This document shows positions 26,101 through 36,348 of a stretch of DNA of 64,000 nt, in pieces (position 1 is the stretch's first letter; every line of letters starts with the position of its first letter). Location of the stretch: assembly GCF_018350175.1 (NCBI RefSeq), contig NC_058368.1:133054001-133118000 (forward strand), in the 5' to 3' direction. Below the pieces are notes generated by a model. That model saw nothing but the letters and a program-made list of their open reading frames with translations. It searched no databases and was not told the DNA's origin. The DNA is from Felis catus (Eukaryota). The translations under genes and the position numbers were made by a program.

Positions 26101-27369
26101 TGAAGAGATGAGCCTGCTAACAGATTGAAGTAGGACTAAATTGCTTCTTTTTCCCCTAGAGGTCAGTCCATGTAGCTCTTTATAGTCCATAAATTAAGCC
26201 GGCGGTGAGGTTTGTGTTCTTGAAGAGTGAAGTTGGCCCAGTTGGGCGGGGCTCGGTGTAACAGCTCCGCTCTCCCCTAGATGGCGCTGCCAGCCTACTG
26301 GGGTGGATTGTTGCAGTGGTCGTTGGTGCGCATGCTTGGGAGTGGTGAAAAATGGCGTCAGCCCGCCACCCACTGTATTCTCCCGGATCAGCAGTCGCGC
26401 ACCGGTCCTCCGTCTTCAGCTCTCATCCACTCCCAGCTTTTCCACTCTCTGTGACCAGGCCCCAGGCAGTACCTCTCTCCCAAGTTTTGTCTCAGATGCG
26501 GCTGTTTTCTCCGGTCCCTTACTTCCGAAGGACTGTGGCTTTGACCCGCTCCGCCTCTCTGCAGGAGGGTCTCACGGAGCGATAGCCGAATGAACAATGG
26601 CCGAATGTCGGCTGCACCCAGGAACGCCCGCTGGATCCTGCTGTTGCTCATGCCCTGAGACTGCAGCCATGTGCCAGCCTGCCCCCCCAAAAAATCACGA
26701 GACAGTGTAGCCTCAGCGTTTCAGGGACCATGGAAAATCGCAACCCACATCTGGCACCAGGCTTCACCCTCAACAACCTTGCCCCAGCACCAGTGAATGT
26801 GGCTGCCTTCCGGGGGTCTGCTGGGACCAGGTGGCTTCAACAGTCTCTACCAAATGTCCTTCCTGCAGTGGAACCGCTTTTCCCCGTGTGGCCCAAGAAC
26901 CTCCCGGATCCCAGTCTGTTCCTGGGGATTCACCTTTCCCACCAGAGCACAGCCAGGTATGGAGCTGCGGAGTTGCAACCTTTGCGCTCCCCTTGTTTAC
27001 AGTCTTAATGGAATTTAAACCCTCTCCTTTCTCCCTTTTTAGTTTAGTCCCTGTGGCTGCTTCCAATTTTCCACTTTCTCTCCAGCTGCTTTTGGGGAGG
27101 GGTGCTTTTCCCATATGCTCTCCACCTCCCCAGTCTCCGTCCTCTCTCCACTTGCAAAAGTGGTTCCCGCCTTTCGGGGCTTCTTGCTCCCCAAGTTCAG
27201 TTCTTTGTGTCACCTGCTGAATTCTGTGGTCCGGGTTGTGCAGATTGTTGTGTTAATCTTCCAATCAGTTTTCTAGGTGTGTAGGATGGTTAGTATTGGT
27301 CTGGCTGTATTTCATGGACGCGAGACACACAAAAAGCTTCCATGCTGTTTCGCCATCTTGGCTCCTCCT
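26100..27369 (-). promoter_or_regulatory. Inner L1 5'UTR internal promoter (GC/CpG-rich)
   Basis: YY1-type core AAGATGGCG at 27351-27359 (minus strand), GC box gggcgggg at 26244-26251, and many retained CpGs. Function is inferred from known L1 biology. Confidence 0.7.
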
Positions 27370-27449
27370 CTTAAATCGTTTTTTATCACTTCATTAGCTG
27401 TTGCTACTTCCTGGAGTTTCCTTTGAGGAGAGTTCTTCCGTTTCATCAT

Positions 27450-28387
27450 TTTCGGTAGTCCTGGGGTGGCGTGGAACTGCAGGGCACTTCCCTTGTGCTG
27501 TCTGGAGTATCTTGTGTTGGTGGGCGGGGCCGTGGTCAGACCCGATGTCTGTCCCCAGCCCACCACTGGGGCCACAGTCAGACTGGTGTGTACCTTATCT
27601 TTCCCTCTCCCAGGGGCAGGACTCACTGTGGAGTGGTGTGGCCCCTGTTTGGGCTACCTGGACACTGCCAGGCTTGTGGTGCTGCTCCCATGGGATCTGG
27701 CGTATTAGCCGGGGTGGATCCGCAAGGTGCACAGGAATGGGAGGGGCAGGCTTAGCTCACTTTGCCGTCAGTGGTCCCTTGCGGGAGGTGCCATGCAGAA
27801 CTGGGAGGGAGGCAGAACCCTCGGAAGGATGGATCCACAGAAGCACAGGGTTGGGTGTTTGCGCGTTGCAAGCAAGTTCGGTGATGGGAACTGGTTCCCT
27901 TTGGGATTTTGGCTGGGGGATGGGCGAGGGAGATGGTGCTGGCCAGTGCCTTTGTTCCCGCTGAGCTAAGCTCTGTCTTCCGGGGCTCAACACCTCTCCC
28001 TCCCGGTGTCCTCTCGCCCTCCCCACTCTCCGAGAGCAGAGCTGTTGAGTTTTAACATTCCAGATGTTAAGTCCCACTGGCTGTCAGAACTCACTCCGTC
28101 CGGCCCCTCCGCTTTTGCAAGCCAGACTCGGGGGGCTCTGCCTTGCAGGGCGGGCCGCCCTTCCACTGCCCTGGCTCCCTCCCGCCAGTCCGTGTAGCGC
28201 GCACCGCCTCTCCACCTTTCCTACCCTCTTCCGTGGGTCTCTCATCTATGCTTGGCTCCTGAGAGTCCGTTCTGCTAGTCTTCTGGCGGTTTTCTGGGTT
28301 ATTTAGGCAGATGTGGGTGGAATCTAAGTGACGGGCAGGAGGAGGTGAGTCCAGTGTCTTCCTACGCCGCCATCTCACCAAATTCCC
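27450..28387 (-). promoter_or_regulatory. Outer L1 5'UTR internal promoter (GC/CpG-rich)
   Basis: YY1-type core AGATGGCGGC near 28366-28375 (minus strand). CpG-rich at about 27950-28380. Lies directly upstream of the ORF1 ATG at 27449. Confidence 0.7.
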
Positions 28388-28891
28388 GAGACATTTGCAT
28401 TTTAACAATAAATATAAATCTGAGTATTACTATTATTTTGTAAATATTGTTGCTGAAGTATAACGTCCGTACAACAAAGTACCCAAGCGTTAAGTGTATA
28501 GCCTGAATTCTTTCGAGGTAAAGTCACAACCCAGATCAAGGCTACTATGTTAGCAGCAACTTGTGCCATGTCTGGGTCACTCTGTTGTCAAAGGTAACTG
28601 CCCTTCTGATTTCTGTAACCACAGGTGAGTTTTGCCCATGTTCAATGGCTTTATAAGGTATATAATTTTTGGGAATCTGGTTTCATTGTTCAACATTACG
28701 TCTGTTAGAGTTATGAATGTTATTGCTAGTCGTGTTATTCTTTTTCCTTCCTTTTCCTTTCATTTCATTCTATAGTACTCAATTTTGTGAAAAAAACCCT
28801 CATGGTTTATTCACTGTATTGTTGATGAACATGTGGGTTGATTTTGGCTGCTATGAATATACCTCTATGAATATCCTTACAGATGTTCTTT

Positions 28892-29141
28892 TTTTTTTCT
28901 TTGAATAAATTTATTTTTTTTCCAATATATGAAATTTATTGTCAGATTGGTTTCCATACAACACCCAGTGCTCATCCCAACAGGTGCCTTCCTCAATACC
29001 CATCACCCACCCTCCCCTCCCTCCCACCCCCCATCAACCCTCAGTTTGTTCTCAGTTTTTAGGAGTCTCTTATGCTTTGGCTCTCTCCCACTCTAACCTC
29101 TTTTTTTTTTCCTTCCCCTCCCCCATGGGTTTCTGTTAGGT
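28892..29141 (-). mobile_element. 5'-truncated L1 (3'UTR only), same lineage as the outer L1
   Basis: TSD ttacagatgttcttt at 28877-28891 and 29142-29156. Sequence closely matches 14720-14930. Confidence 0.92.
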
Positions 29142-29593
29142 TTACAGATGTTCTTTCATATACATGTGTGCAATGGTTTTGGGGATACATCTAGGAGTGG
29201 AATTGCTGGGTCATAGAGTGTGTATATGTTCATTGGACTCATAATGGACAATTCCCTGTGTAGTTCTCTACCCAGTGACATTCTCACCAGCAATATCAGT
29301 CCCAGAAACTCCCCCCCTCACTAATTTGGGGGATTGTCAGGTGTTACCAATTGGTTTGTTTTAATTTTCTCCACTCTGCTGGGTAGGTAATGGTGTCTCA
29401 TCATAGCTTGAATTTGCATTTCCATGGCTACTAGATGTTGTTGAGCATCTTTAATAGTCTTATTGGCCATTTCTGTATTCTCTTTTCTGGAGTGTCTGTG
29501 CAGTAGACAATAGATTTCTGTGGGTGGTCTGTGTACCCCCATGTCACATATATTAAAAACATATATATACTATATATTAGATATATATAGTTA

Positions 29594-29811
29594 ATTTTTT
29601 AAAGTTTTTTAAAACATTTTTATTTGGAGAGAGAGAGAGAGAGAGCAAGTGAGTGGGGGGAGGAGCAGAGAGAGAGGAAGATAGAGAATCCCAACCAGGT
29701 TTCACTGAGCACAGAGCCCGAGGTGGGGCTTGCAGTTAAGAATTGTGAGATCATGACCTGAACCGAAATCAAGACTTGGGTGCTTAACCAAGTGAGCCAC
29801 CCAGGTACCCC
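29594..29811 (-). mobile_element. CanSINE
   Basis: TSD tata[t/c]agttaat. Confidence 0.93.
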
Positions 29812-30654
29812 TATACAGTTAATAATTTTAAAGCATAATTGGGATAATGTAGCACATGCTAGTGACATATTGAAAGTTGGCTCCAATTCTTGATCTCCAA
29901 ATCTTTTGTCAAGAGGCAGTATCAGTCTTTGCTGGCCTTGTGACAGGTTTTGGCCAATACAGTGCAGTGGAAGTTCTGATGTGAGGCCTCGAGAAGCCCA
30001 TGTATTTCCATTCTCTCTCCACACCTGCCTACTCCATGATAATAAACCAAGGCTGGTCTGATGCAGAATGAGAGAGTGTAGGAACCTCAGCTGGTAGCCA
30101 GCATCCTAAGGTAGTCTTTGCCTTAATAAGGTAGTCCTGTTCTTAATGAGGTACTCCTTGTTAAAGGAAAAATAACCATATTTGGTAGATGAACATAGTA
30201 TTATATTATAATTTGTATTCTTGATTACTAATAAAGTTGAACATTAAAGATGTATTTAATAGCTCTTTTTCATATCCTTTGCATAGTTTCTCTTGAGGTT
30301 TTCATCTATTTGCAGAGCTTTTTATATAGGAAGGATATTAACTCTGTGTTGCGTGCAGAAAATTTGTTTTTGAGTTTGTTGTTTTCCCCCAAAGTTTACT
30401 TATGGTATCTCTATATTAAAAAGTTTTAAATTTTTATTTAGTTACATTATTTTAGTTACATGTACTAATATTTTCCTTTATAAATTATTCCCTTTGTACA
30501 GTACTGAGAAAAATAGTCCCATTTCTAAGATTATATAGTTAAATACCTATTATCTATTAAAGAACACAAATATTCTAAGGACTAAATCTCTAATTGTGGA
30601 ATATGGCTGTTTGGTAGGTGTTAAGTAAGATAATTGGGACAGGGAACCAATACT

Positions 30655-31170
30655 AATTAGGATGCTTTTATGTGCCAGTGACAGAAACTCTGCTTCAAAT
30701 TAGTTAAAAATAAAGACAGATTTTGTTTCATATAATAAGTTCAGAAGTATGACAGAGTAAAAAAATTGTTAAGTCAGCAACTCAATGGATTTGTTGGCAC
30801 AGACCCAGTTTTTTTCCATCGTGCCACATTGCCATTTGTGGGACGCTGGCTTTGTCTTCATGTGGTTTTTTCATGGCTGCAGTATGGCTGCCATTTAGGC
30901 AAAGGACAACAAGTTTCCTTGTTTTTTCCAAGAGTATCTCTCCACATTGAATATAGGCCCCTCCTTTCAGTATAACTGGGCTGTCTAAGGTCAGGGGCTC
31001 ACGCATGGACCTTGATTGGAGAATGCCAGTCAAGGTTTCTCTTATTTCTATCAGGACTCTCCTTTGGGAGCTAGAAATTGGACGATTAAATATATAACAC
31101 AATTGAGGTTCGGATAGAAAGGAGGAAAAGAGGGGAAGGGTATTGGACAGGTCACCGACAGCCGTCACTC
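30655..31170 (-). mobile_element. LTR33-like ancient ERVL LTR
   Basis: attaggatgctttt, agtgacagaaactc and catggctgcagtatggctgcc resemble the recalled consensus. Confidence 0.5.
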
Positions 31171-31254
31171 TAGGCCCTTCTAGGCATACCTTAAATTGGA
31201 TACCATTTCTCAACGTGTAGCCTAAAAACATTTTGTAGCCATTTTCAATGTAGT

Positions 31255-31440
31255 CTAAAATAATGATCAACTTTGGATTCAGCTCAACCTTGATTTGGAT
31301 TGAGGCTCTGCTTTTTATCATCTGTAGCATCTGCTGTAGCTTATTCAACTTCTCTAAGCCTTTAGGTTCCCCATCTGTAAAATATGAATAACAGCTATCT
31401 TGTCTGGTGCATACTAAGTCCTTAATAAATGGTATTTATC
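31255..31440 (+). mobile_element. MIR relic
   Basis: ttattcaacttctctaagcctttaggttccccatctgtaaaatatgaataa. Confidence 0.65.
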
Positions 31441-31559
31441 ATTTTGACCACTCATAAATCAGTTCATAATTCCAATTTCCTTTGCTCTTTTTTGTCTCAG
31501 CAAGACATTTGAGTCCATTCATGCTTAATGAGCTTTAGCTTACTTTGAGGCCAGTTTTA

Positions 31560-31679
31560 TTTATTGATTTTTTTTAAAGGTTTTATTTTTAAGTACTCTC
31601 TGAACCCATTGTGGGGCTCAAACTCACATCCTGGAGATCAAGAGTTGCATGCTTTAGGGACTGAACCAGCCAGGCGCCC
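31560..31679 (-). mobile_element. Short old-type CanSINE (no CT tract)
   Basis: TSD tgaggccagtttta at 31546 and 31680. tRNA-like head only. Confidence 0.9.
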
Positions 31680-32060
31680 TGAGGCCAGTTTTAAACACTG
31701 ACCTGCCTTTTTTTCTTTCTAATAACACTCCCATTTGCCTTTCCACTAGCCTTCTCTTTCTCCCGTACGCTCATGAGTTTGGGCGTTTTCTGCACTTTAT
31801 ACACAAATGGCATTGATCCCACCCTTCCTACCCCCCCCACCATTGAATTATGGCTGACTTAACATTTTGAGGGTTAGCATTTACAAAAAGATGATTCTGT
31901 CTGTGGTGACACTGCCAACTCCCCAACACGCATTAAGTCATCCTTGGGTTTTATAATAAAAACCAACTGCCTTTTCCCATTTGAAACTAATGTAAGCAGA
32001 GTTCTTTAATTTATCTTCCCTCATGCTTATCAAGTGAAGCCAAGCTCCTCTCAGGCATCC

Positions 32061-32063
<3 letters not shown>

Positions 32064-32098
<35 letters not shown>
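32064..32098. repeat. (TG)n microsatellite
   Basis: Read directly from the sequence. Confidence 0.95.
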
Positions 32099-32103
<5 letters not shown>

Positions 32104-32709
32104 TTTCCCCTAACAGGATACAAGGCATTCTATCGTTCTGACAGTGAGGAATGGGTCTCAGAGGTAGGAAGACCGAGAAGCAGAAAGCCTCCTTGTGCTT
32201 TCATCCTGGGCTGATGAACTGGGGCCTCCGTGCACACGGCAGAGCAATCAACACTAACGCTTGGGTCAGGACCAAGTCGGTGTTTCTGCAGCCGGCAGCC
32301 ATGATGGCCTGGTCTTGAGCTAAGGCAGTGTTGCTTTCCCTTTCAGTGATAGGAGTAACTGCCTCCTCATTTATCCAAACACTGCATGAACCATGTGGAC
32401 CTCCAGAACATGCCACAACAGAGTTATGTGTCATGATTGTTACTCATGGGTTACTTTTACCCAAAGACAATGTGACACTCCCAATATCTTCAGAAGCATT
32501 TGGATATTCTTGTCATCATTGTGTTTATTTTTTCTCAAGGGAGCTTCCCCATTAGGCCATAAGATTGGAAGGTGCTACCAACTCATAATTAAGCATATAG
32601 GCTCAAATCAGCCTACCCATGTTACTAGTTGTATAACTTTTCGCAAGTTAATTAGCCTCTCTGAGTTGTACTTTTCCCATATGTACAAAGAAGGGAACAA
32701 TAGCCGCTT

Positions 32710-33410
32710 GTGATATCATAGAAAACTACTTAGTCTTTGTCCTAGGTTGCTGGCTTAGAGCTCCAAAAACCCTTGTAATTTGCTGAGTGATAAGAGTGTT
32801 CAAGTGCCTTTTATTCTAATGAAATGACTCTTCATGGGCCCTTAGATAGTTTCATGATGGGGGCCAGTCTCCAGAAAGACTAAGGCTTGAATAGAGGATT
32901 GGAAATCTTACCCCACCTCTTGACTTCTAGAGCAGGGCAATGGGGGCTGGGAGAGGGGTTAGAGATTGAGTTGAGTCACGAATGGCCAATGATTTCATCA
33001 TGTCTGTGTAATGGAACCTCCGTCTAAACAATGGGGTTCAGACTCTTCATCTGGCTGTTGATTTGTATCCTTTATAATAAACTGGTAATACTAAATAAAT
33101 AAAGTGTCTTCCTGAGTTCTGTGAGCTGTTCTAGCAAATTATTGAAACTGAAATGAGGAGGTGTGGGAGCCCTCAAATTTGCAGCTATGTTAGACAGAGA
33201 GTGGGTACCCTGGGCACCCAATACTCGCAACCTGCAGTCTTGTGGGACAGAGCCCATAAACCTGTGGGGTCTGATGTTAACTCCCAGTAGTTAGTGTCAG
33301 AATTGAACTGAATTGTGGAACGCCCAGTTGATGCTAGAGTGTTGGAGAGCTGGTAGATGGTGTGGAAAAAGCCCACACATTTGATGTCAGAAGTGTTGTG
33401 AGTAAAAGCA
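32710..33410 (+). mobile_element. MER21-like solo LTR inserted in a MIR
   Basis: Starts tgtgatat and contains agagctccaaaaacccttgtaatttgctgagtgataagagtg, aataaa, cctgagttctgtgagctgttctagcaaatt and cacatttgatgtcagaagtg. MIR sequence flanks both sides. Confidence 0.75.
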
Positions 33411-33712
33411 GCTCCTACCACTGCAGAGGTAATACTGAAAAGTGTCAAGCCTGGGGCCTGACTCACAGTAAACTCCTAACAAGTGTTAGTGTTGATAAGG
33501 GTTAGTATTATTATTATTTTCTTAGCCACAATGAAAACAATTCATGAACGGATTATACCTGCTTGTTCACTTGGGAATTACTGTCTTATTTCATCTTTCC
33601 CAATTGTCTAGTTGACTTTTGTTCAAACATTCAGCGTATCATCCGTTTCTTGACTCTATGTTTTGAAGACTAGTCACCACTACTCATTTCTTTGTGGGAT
33701 GGCATTGACACT

Positions 33713-33823
33713 TGTTTGTTTGTTTGTTTGTTTAAAGCAATTTCTACATCCAGTGTCAGGCTTGAGCCCATGACCCCAAAATCAAGAGTCATATATTCCA
33801 CTGACTGAGCCAGCCAGGCACGC
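33713..33823 (-). mobile_element. Short old-type CanSINE with (TTTG)n tail
   Basis: TSD tggcattga[c/t]actt. Confidence 0.88.
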
Positions 33824-34769
33824 TGGCATTGATACTTTCAAATGAGTATGGAGAAACACATCTTTGTAGGTTAATAGAGAAAAGCAGCATTTTGAATCAG
33901 CTAAAAGCCTTTTTGTTTGTTTGTAATGTCTATTTTCCTCTCTGAGTTTGTCTTCTAGAGAAAGAGCTCAGGTTTGATGCTCTCTTCTCCTGCGGCTGGC
34001 ACGTGGTTTTCTGTGTTGGACACTCCGTGCACCGGGAAGGGCTGAGAGGCAAGCCTGGGCAAGGGTAAGAGGGTAGCACTTAGTCTTTTCTGGGTCTCGC
34101 TGGACCATAGGGACAAAGTGTGTATGGGCAGAGGCTGGCTGGCGTCATCACGTGGTGTTGAAGATCCAGGCGCGGCCTGCCTGAACACCTTAAGACAATG
34201 AAACTGCATTCGGCATGTGGCCTGCAAAATTGATCTCATCCTGTGTGCTCTGGGATGAAATTAAGTGGTGGCTTGTTTGTGTCTCTGAAACTTCCAGAGG
34301 GCCTTCAATTTGGCTGGCTTGTGTTCTGCTTGCACAGTAGCTTTGCAGAACGCACATTTCTGGGAAGGCTGGACGGAGGTGGAGGGCCTGTGGGGTGGAG
34401 TCTTCAGCCTGGTGTTGGTGGGAGCCTTCATCCAGAATAGGGTCCAGTCCTCTGCTTCTCTGTGTGGTCAGGAGGATGTAACTCCGCAGCCCTGCTGAGA
34501 AGGCAGCTCCGCACAGTTGTGGAGATGTGCCTGGTGGGAGGTGGGGAGGTAGGGAAGGTTTTCCTGCTACATGTCACTCAGAGGCTATGGCTGAGGTCTC
34601 TCCTGTCATGGACAGGATCTCCTTCCTTCTGTACTCTGTCCCCAAGGCCAGCAAGAGGCACTGACTTGCCTCGGTCCTGCAGGGCCAGGACTTGGAGGAG
34701 AGCTCATGGATGGCTTGTGCTTGGGGAACATCTTGAAGTGCCGGGGCTGAGGGCTATGGACGTCTAGAG

Positions 34770-35125
34770 CAGAGCTCTCCAGCCACCATGTACTTGTGCA
34801 CCATGTGGAGTTCTTGTTAGAACATGGCTTCTGCCCCAGTAAGTCTGGGAGAAAGTCCGAGATGCTGTGTTTGTCACAGGTTCCCTTGTGTTGCTGCTGG
34901 TGGTTCTGGGACTACACTGATAGGTAAGGGTCCAGAGCAGAGGGTCTCAGGCAGGGGTGGGGGCACCCAGCAGCAGCGGCACCCATGAACCCACTACAAG
35001 TGCAAATGCATGCATTTGACCCCAGTTGCACTGAAACAGGGATTCTAGATGTGGACCCACAACCTGCATTTTAAGAAGCCCAGCAGGTGATTCTGATGTT
35101 TGCTCAACTTTGAGAACCGCCCACT
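34770..35125. mobile_element. Two adjacent MER5-like hAT MITE relics
   Basis: acctgcattttaagaagcccagcaggtgattctgatg and actttgagaacc, plus a second more degenerate copy at about 34770-34925. Confidence 0.6.
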
Positions 35126-35247
35126 TTACCATTCTGATATCACCAATGCATGTTTTCTCAGAACAACAGAGGGGAAGCTTTTAGAATATTCATGTGTCTT
35201 TGCAATAGCCAGGTTGGAATAGAAAGTCTCTTGAACAGATCACATTT

Positions 35248-35482
35248 CTTTTTTTTTTTTTTTTTAATTTTTTTTTCAACGTTTTTTATTTATTTTTGGG
35301 ATAGAGAGAGACAGAGCATGAACGGGGGAGGGGTAGAGAGAGAGGGAGACACAGAATCGGAAACAGGCTCCAGGCTCCGAGCCATCAGCCCAGAGCCTGA
35401 CGCAGGGCTCGAACTCACGGACCGCGAGATCGTGACCTGGCTGAAGTCGGACGCTCAACCAACTGCGCCACCCAGGCGCCCC
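35248..35482 (-). mobile_element. Young CanSINE
   Basis: Perfect TSD gaacagatcacattt at 35233 and 35483. CpGs intact. Confidence 0.96.
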
Positions 35483-35788
35483 GAACAGATCACATTTAAC
35501 CATGCCCATGTTACTGCCTGCATATGGCTCTTGCCGTGTGGTTAGTAGCCGTGAATAAAGAGGGGGAAAAAAAGAAATACCTGTAGTTACAAAAGAAGTC
35601 CTCGTTCACTTTTGAAAACTCACAGAATACTGAACACTATAACCGTGGAAGTGAAGTTTCTTATCTTTTGTCTCTCATTTCCTGTGGGAAGTAACCATGG
35701 CTGACAACTTGCCATGTAATATAAACCCCTGCTTTTTTTTACACAACTAAAGACCTGCACACAAATACATTATGGAGGGTCCTTTTTT

Positions 35789-36348
35789 TTTTTTTAGGGT
35801 GGGAGAATGTTCTTTTCATTTTTTTCCTCTAAATATAATTGTTAAGTTAGCTAACATACAGTGTATACAGTGTGCTCTTGACTTCAGTAGATTCCCATGA
35901 TTCATTGCTTACATGCAACATCCAGTGCTCATCCCAGCAAGTGCCCTCTTCAATGCCCATCACCCATTTCCTCTTCTCTCCCGTCCCCACATCCACCCTG
36001 AGTTTGTTCTCTGTATTTAAGAGTCTGTTATGGTTTGCCTCCCTGTCTGTTTGAAACTATTTTTTCCCTTTTCCTTCCCCCATGGTCTTCTGTTAAGTTT
36101 CTCAAATTCCACATATGAGTGAAAACATATGATATCTGTTTTTCTCTAACTGACTTATTTCACTTAGCATAATACCCTCCAGTTCCATCCACATCGTTGC
36201 AAGTAGCGAGATTTCATTCTTTCTCATTGCCAAGTAGTTTTCCATTGTATATATAAACCACATCTTCTTTAGCCATTCCTCACTTGGGCTCTTTGCATAA
36301 GGTGGCTATTGTTGGTAGCACTGCTATAAATATTGGGGTACGTGTGCC
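35789..36348 (-). mobile_element. 5'-truncated L1 (ORF2 end plus 3'UTR), a third 3'UTR variant
   Basis: TSD tggagggtcctttttt at 35773-35788 and 36349-36364. Body is similar to 14750-15180. Confidence 0.92.

Larger units (their letters stand above)
19677..27369 (-). mobile_element. Full-length LINE-1 (inner element, different lineage) carrying two CanSINE insertions
   Basis: Perfect TSD cttaaatcgtttttt at 19662-19676 and 27370-27384. The 5' end is AGGAGGAGCCAAGATGGCG, a typical L1 start with a YY1 core. GC-rich 5'UTR, ORF1, ORF2, 3'UTR and T-tail (at 19677) are present. Confidence 0.95.
18851..27449 (-). pseudogene. Outer L1 ORF1, split by the inner L1 (27449-27385 plus 19676-18851)
   Basis: N-terminus MMKRKNSPQRKLQEVATANEVIKNDL starts at 27449. 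After removing the insert and one TSD copy the frame continues SNIMEQEFRIIVIKLIAGLEKSIED, with a premature TAA soon after. C-terminal motifs ARKEWQEIF and PRILYPASLSF end at 18851. Confidence 0.9.
14677..28387 (-). mobile_element. Full-length LINE-1 (outer element, ~6.0 kb own sequence: 14677-19676 plus 27385-28387), interrupted by a second L1
   Basis: TSD gagac[g/a]tttgcattt at 14662-14676 and 28388-28402 (one CpG-type mismatch). T-rich tail starts at 14677. The 5' end reads GGGAATTTGGTGAGATGGCGGCGTAGG on the minus strand. 5'UTR, ORF1, ORF2 and 3'UTR are in the correct order. Confidence 0.95.
28430..30540 (-). mobile_element. Ancient L1M 3' region fragments
   Basis: Diagnostic L1 3' phrases ctaggagtggaattgctgggtcatagagt and ttgaatttgcatttccatggctactagatgttgttgagcatcttt. 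Interrupted by younger elements. Confidence 0.65.

Noticed and set aside
27401..27964. 187-aa antisense ORF in the outer L1 5'UTR (ORF0-like?)
   Set aside because: It has a non-ATG start and lies in GC-rich, stop-poor sequence. I recognise no similarity to primate ORF0.
14677..28387. Possibility that either full-length L1 is still active
   Set aside because: ORF1 and ORF2 of both elements carry stops, frameshifts or insertions, and both RT FADD motifs are altered (FAYD and FTDD).
30105..30165. Degenerate ~21-bp triple repeat (also the short duplications at 10215-10248 and 44822-44851)
   Set aside because: These are ordinary slippage duplications with no spacers, so they are not CRISPR-like.
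30782..31348. 188-aa minus-strand ORF
   Set aside because: It has a non-ATG start, spans MIR and LTR33-like relics, and has no recognisable domain.
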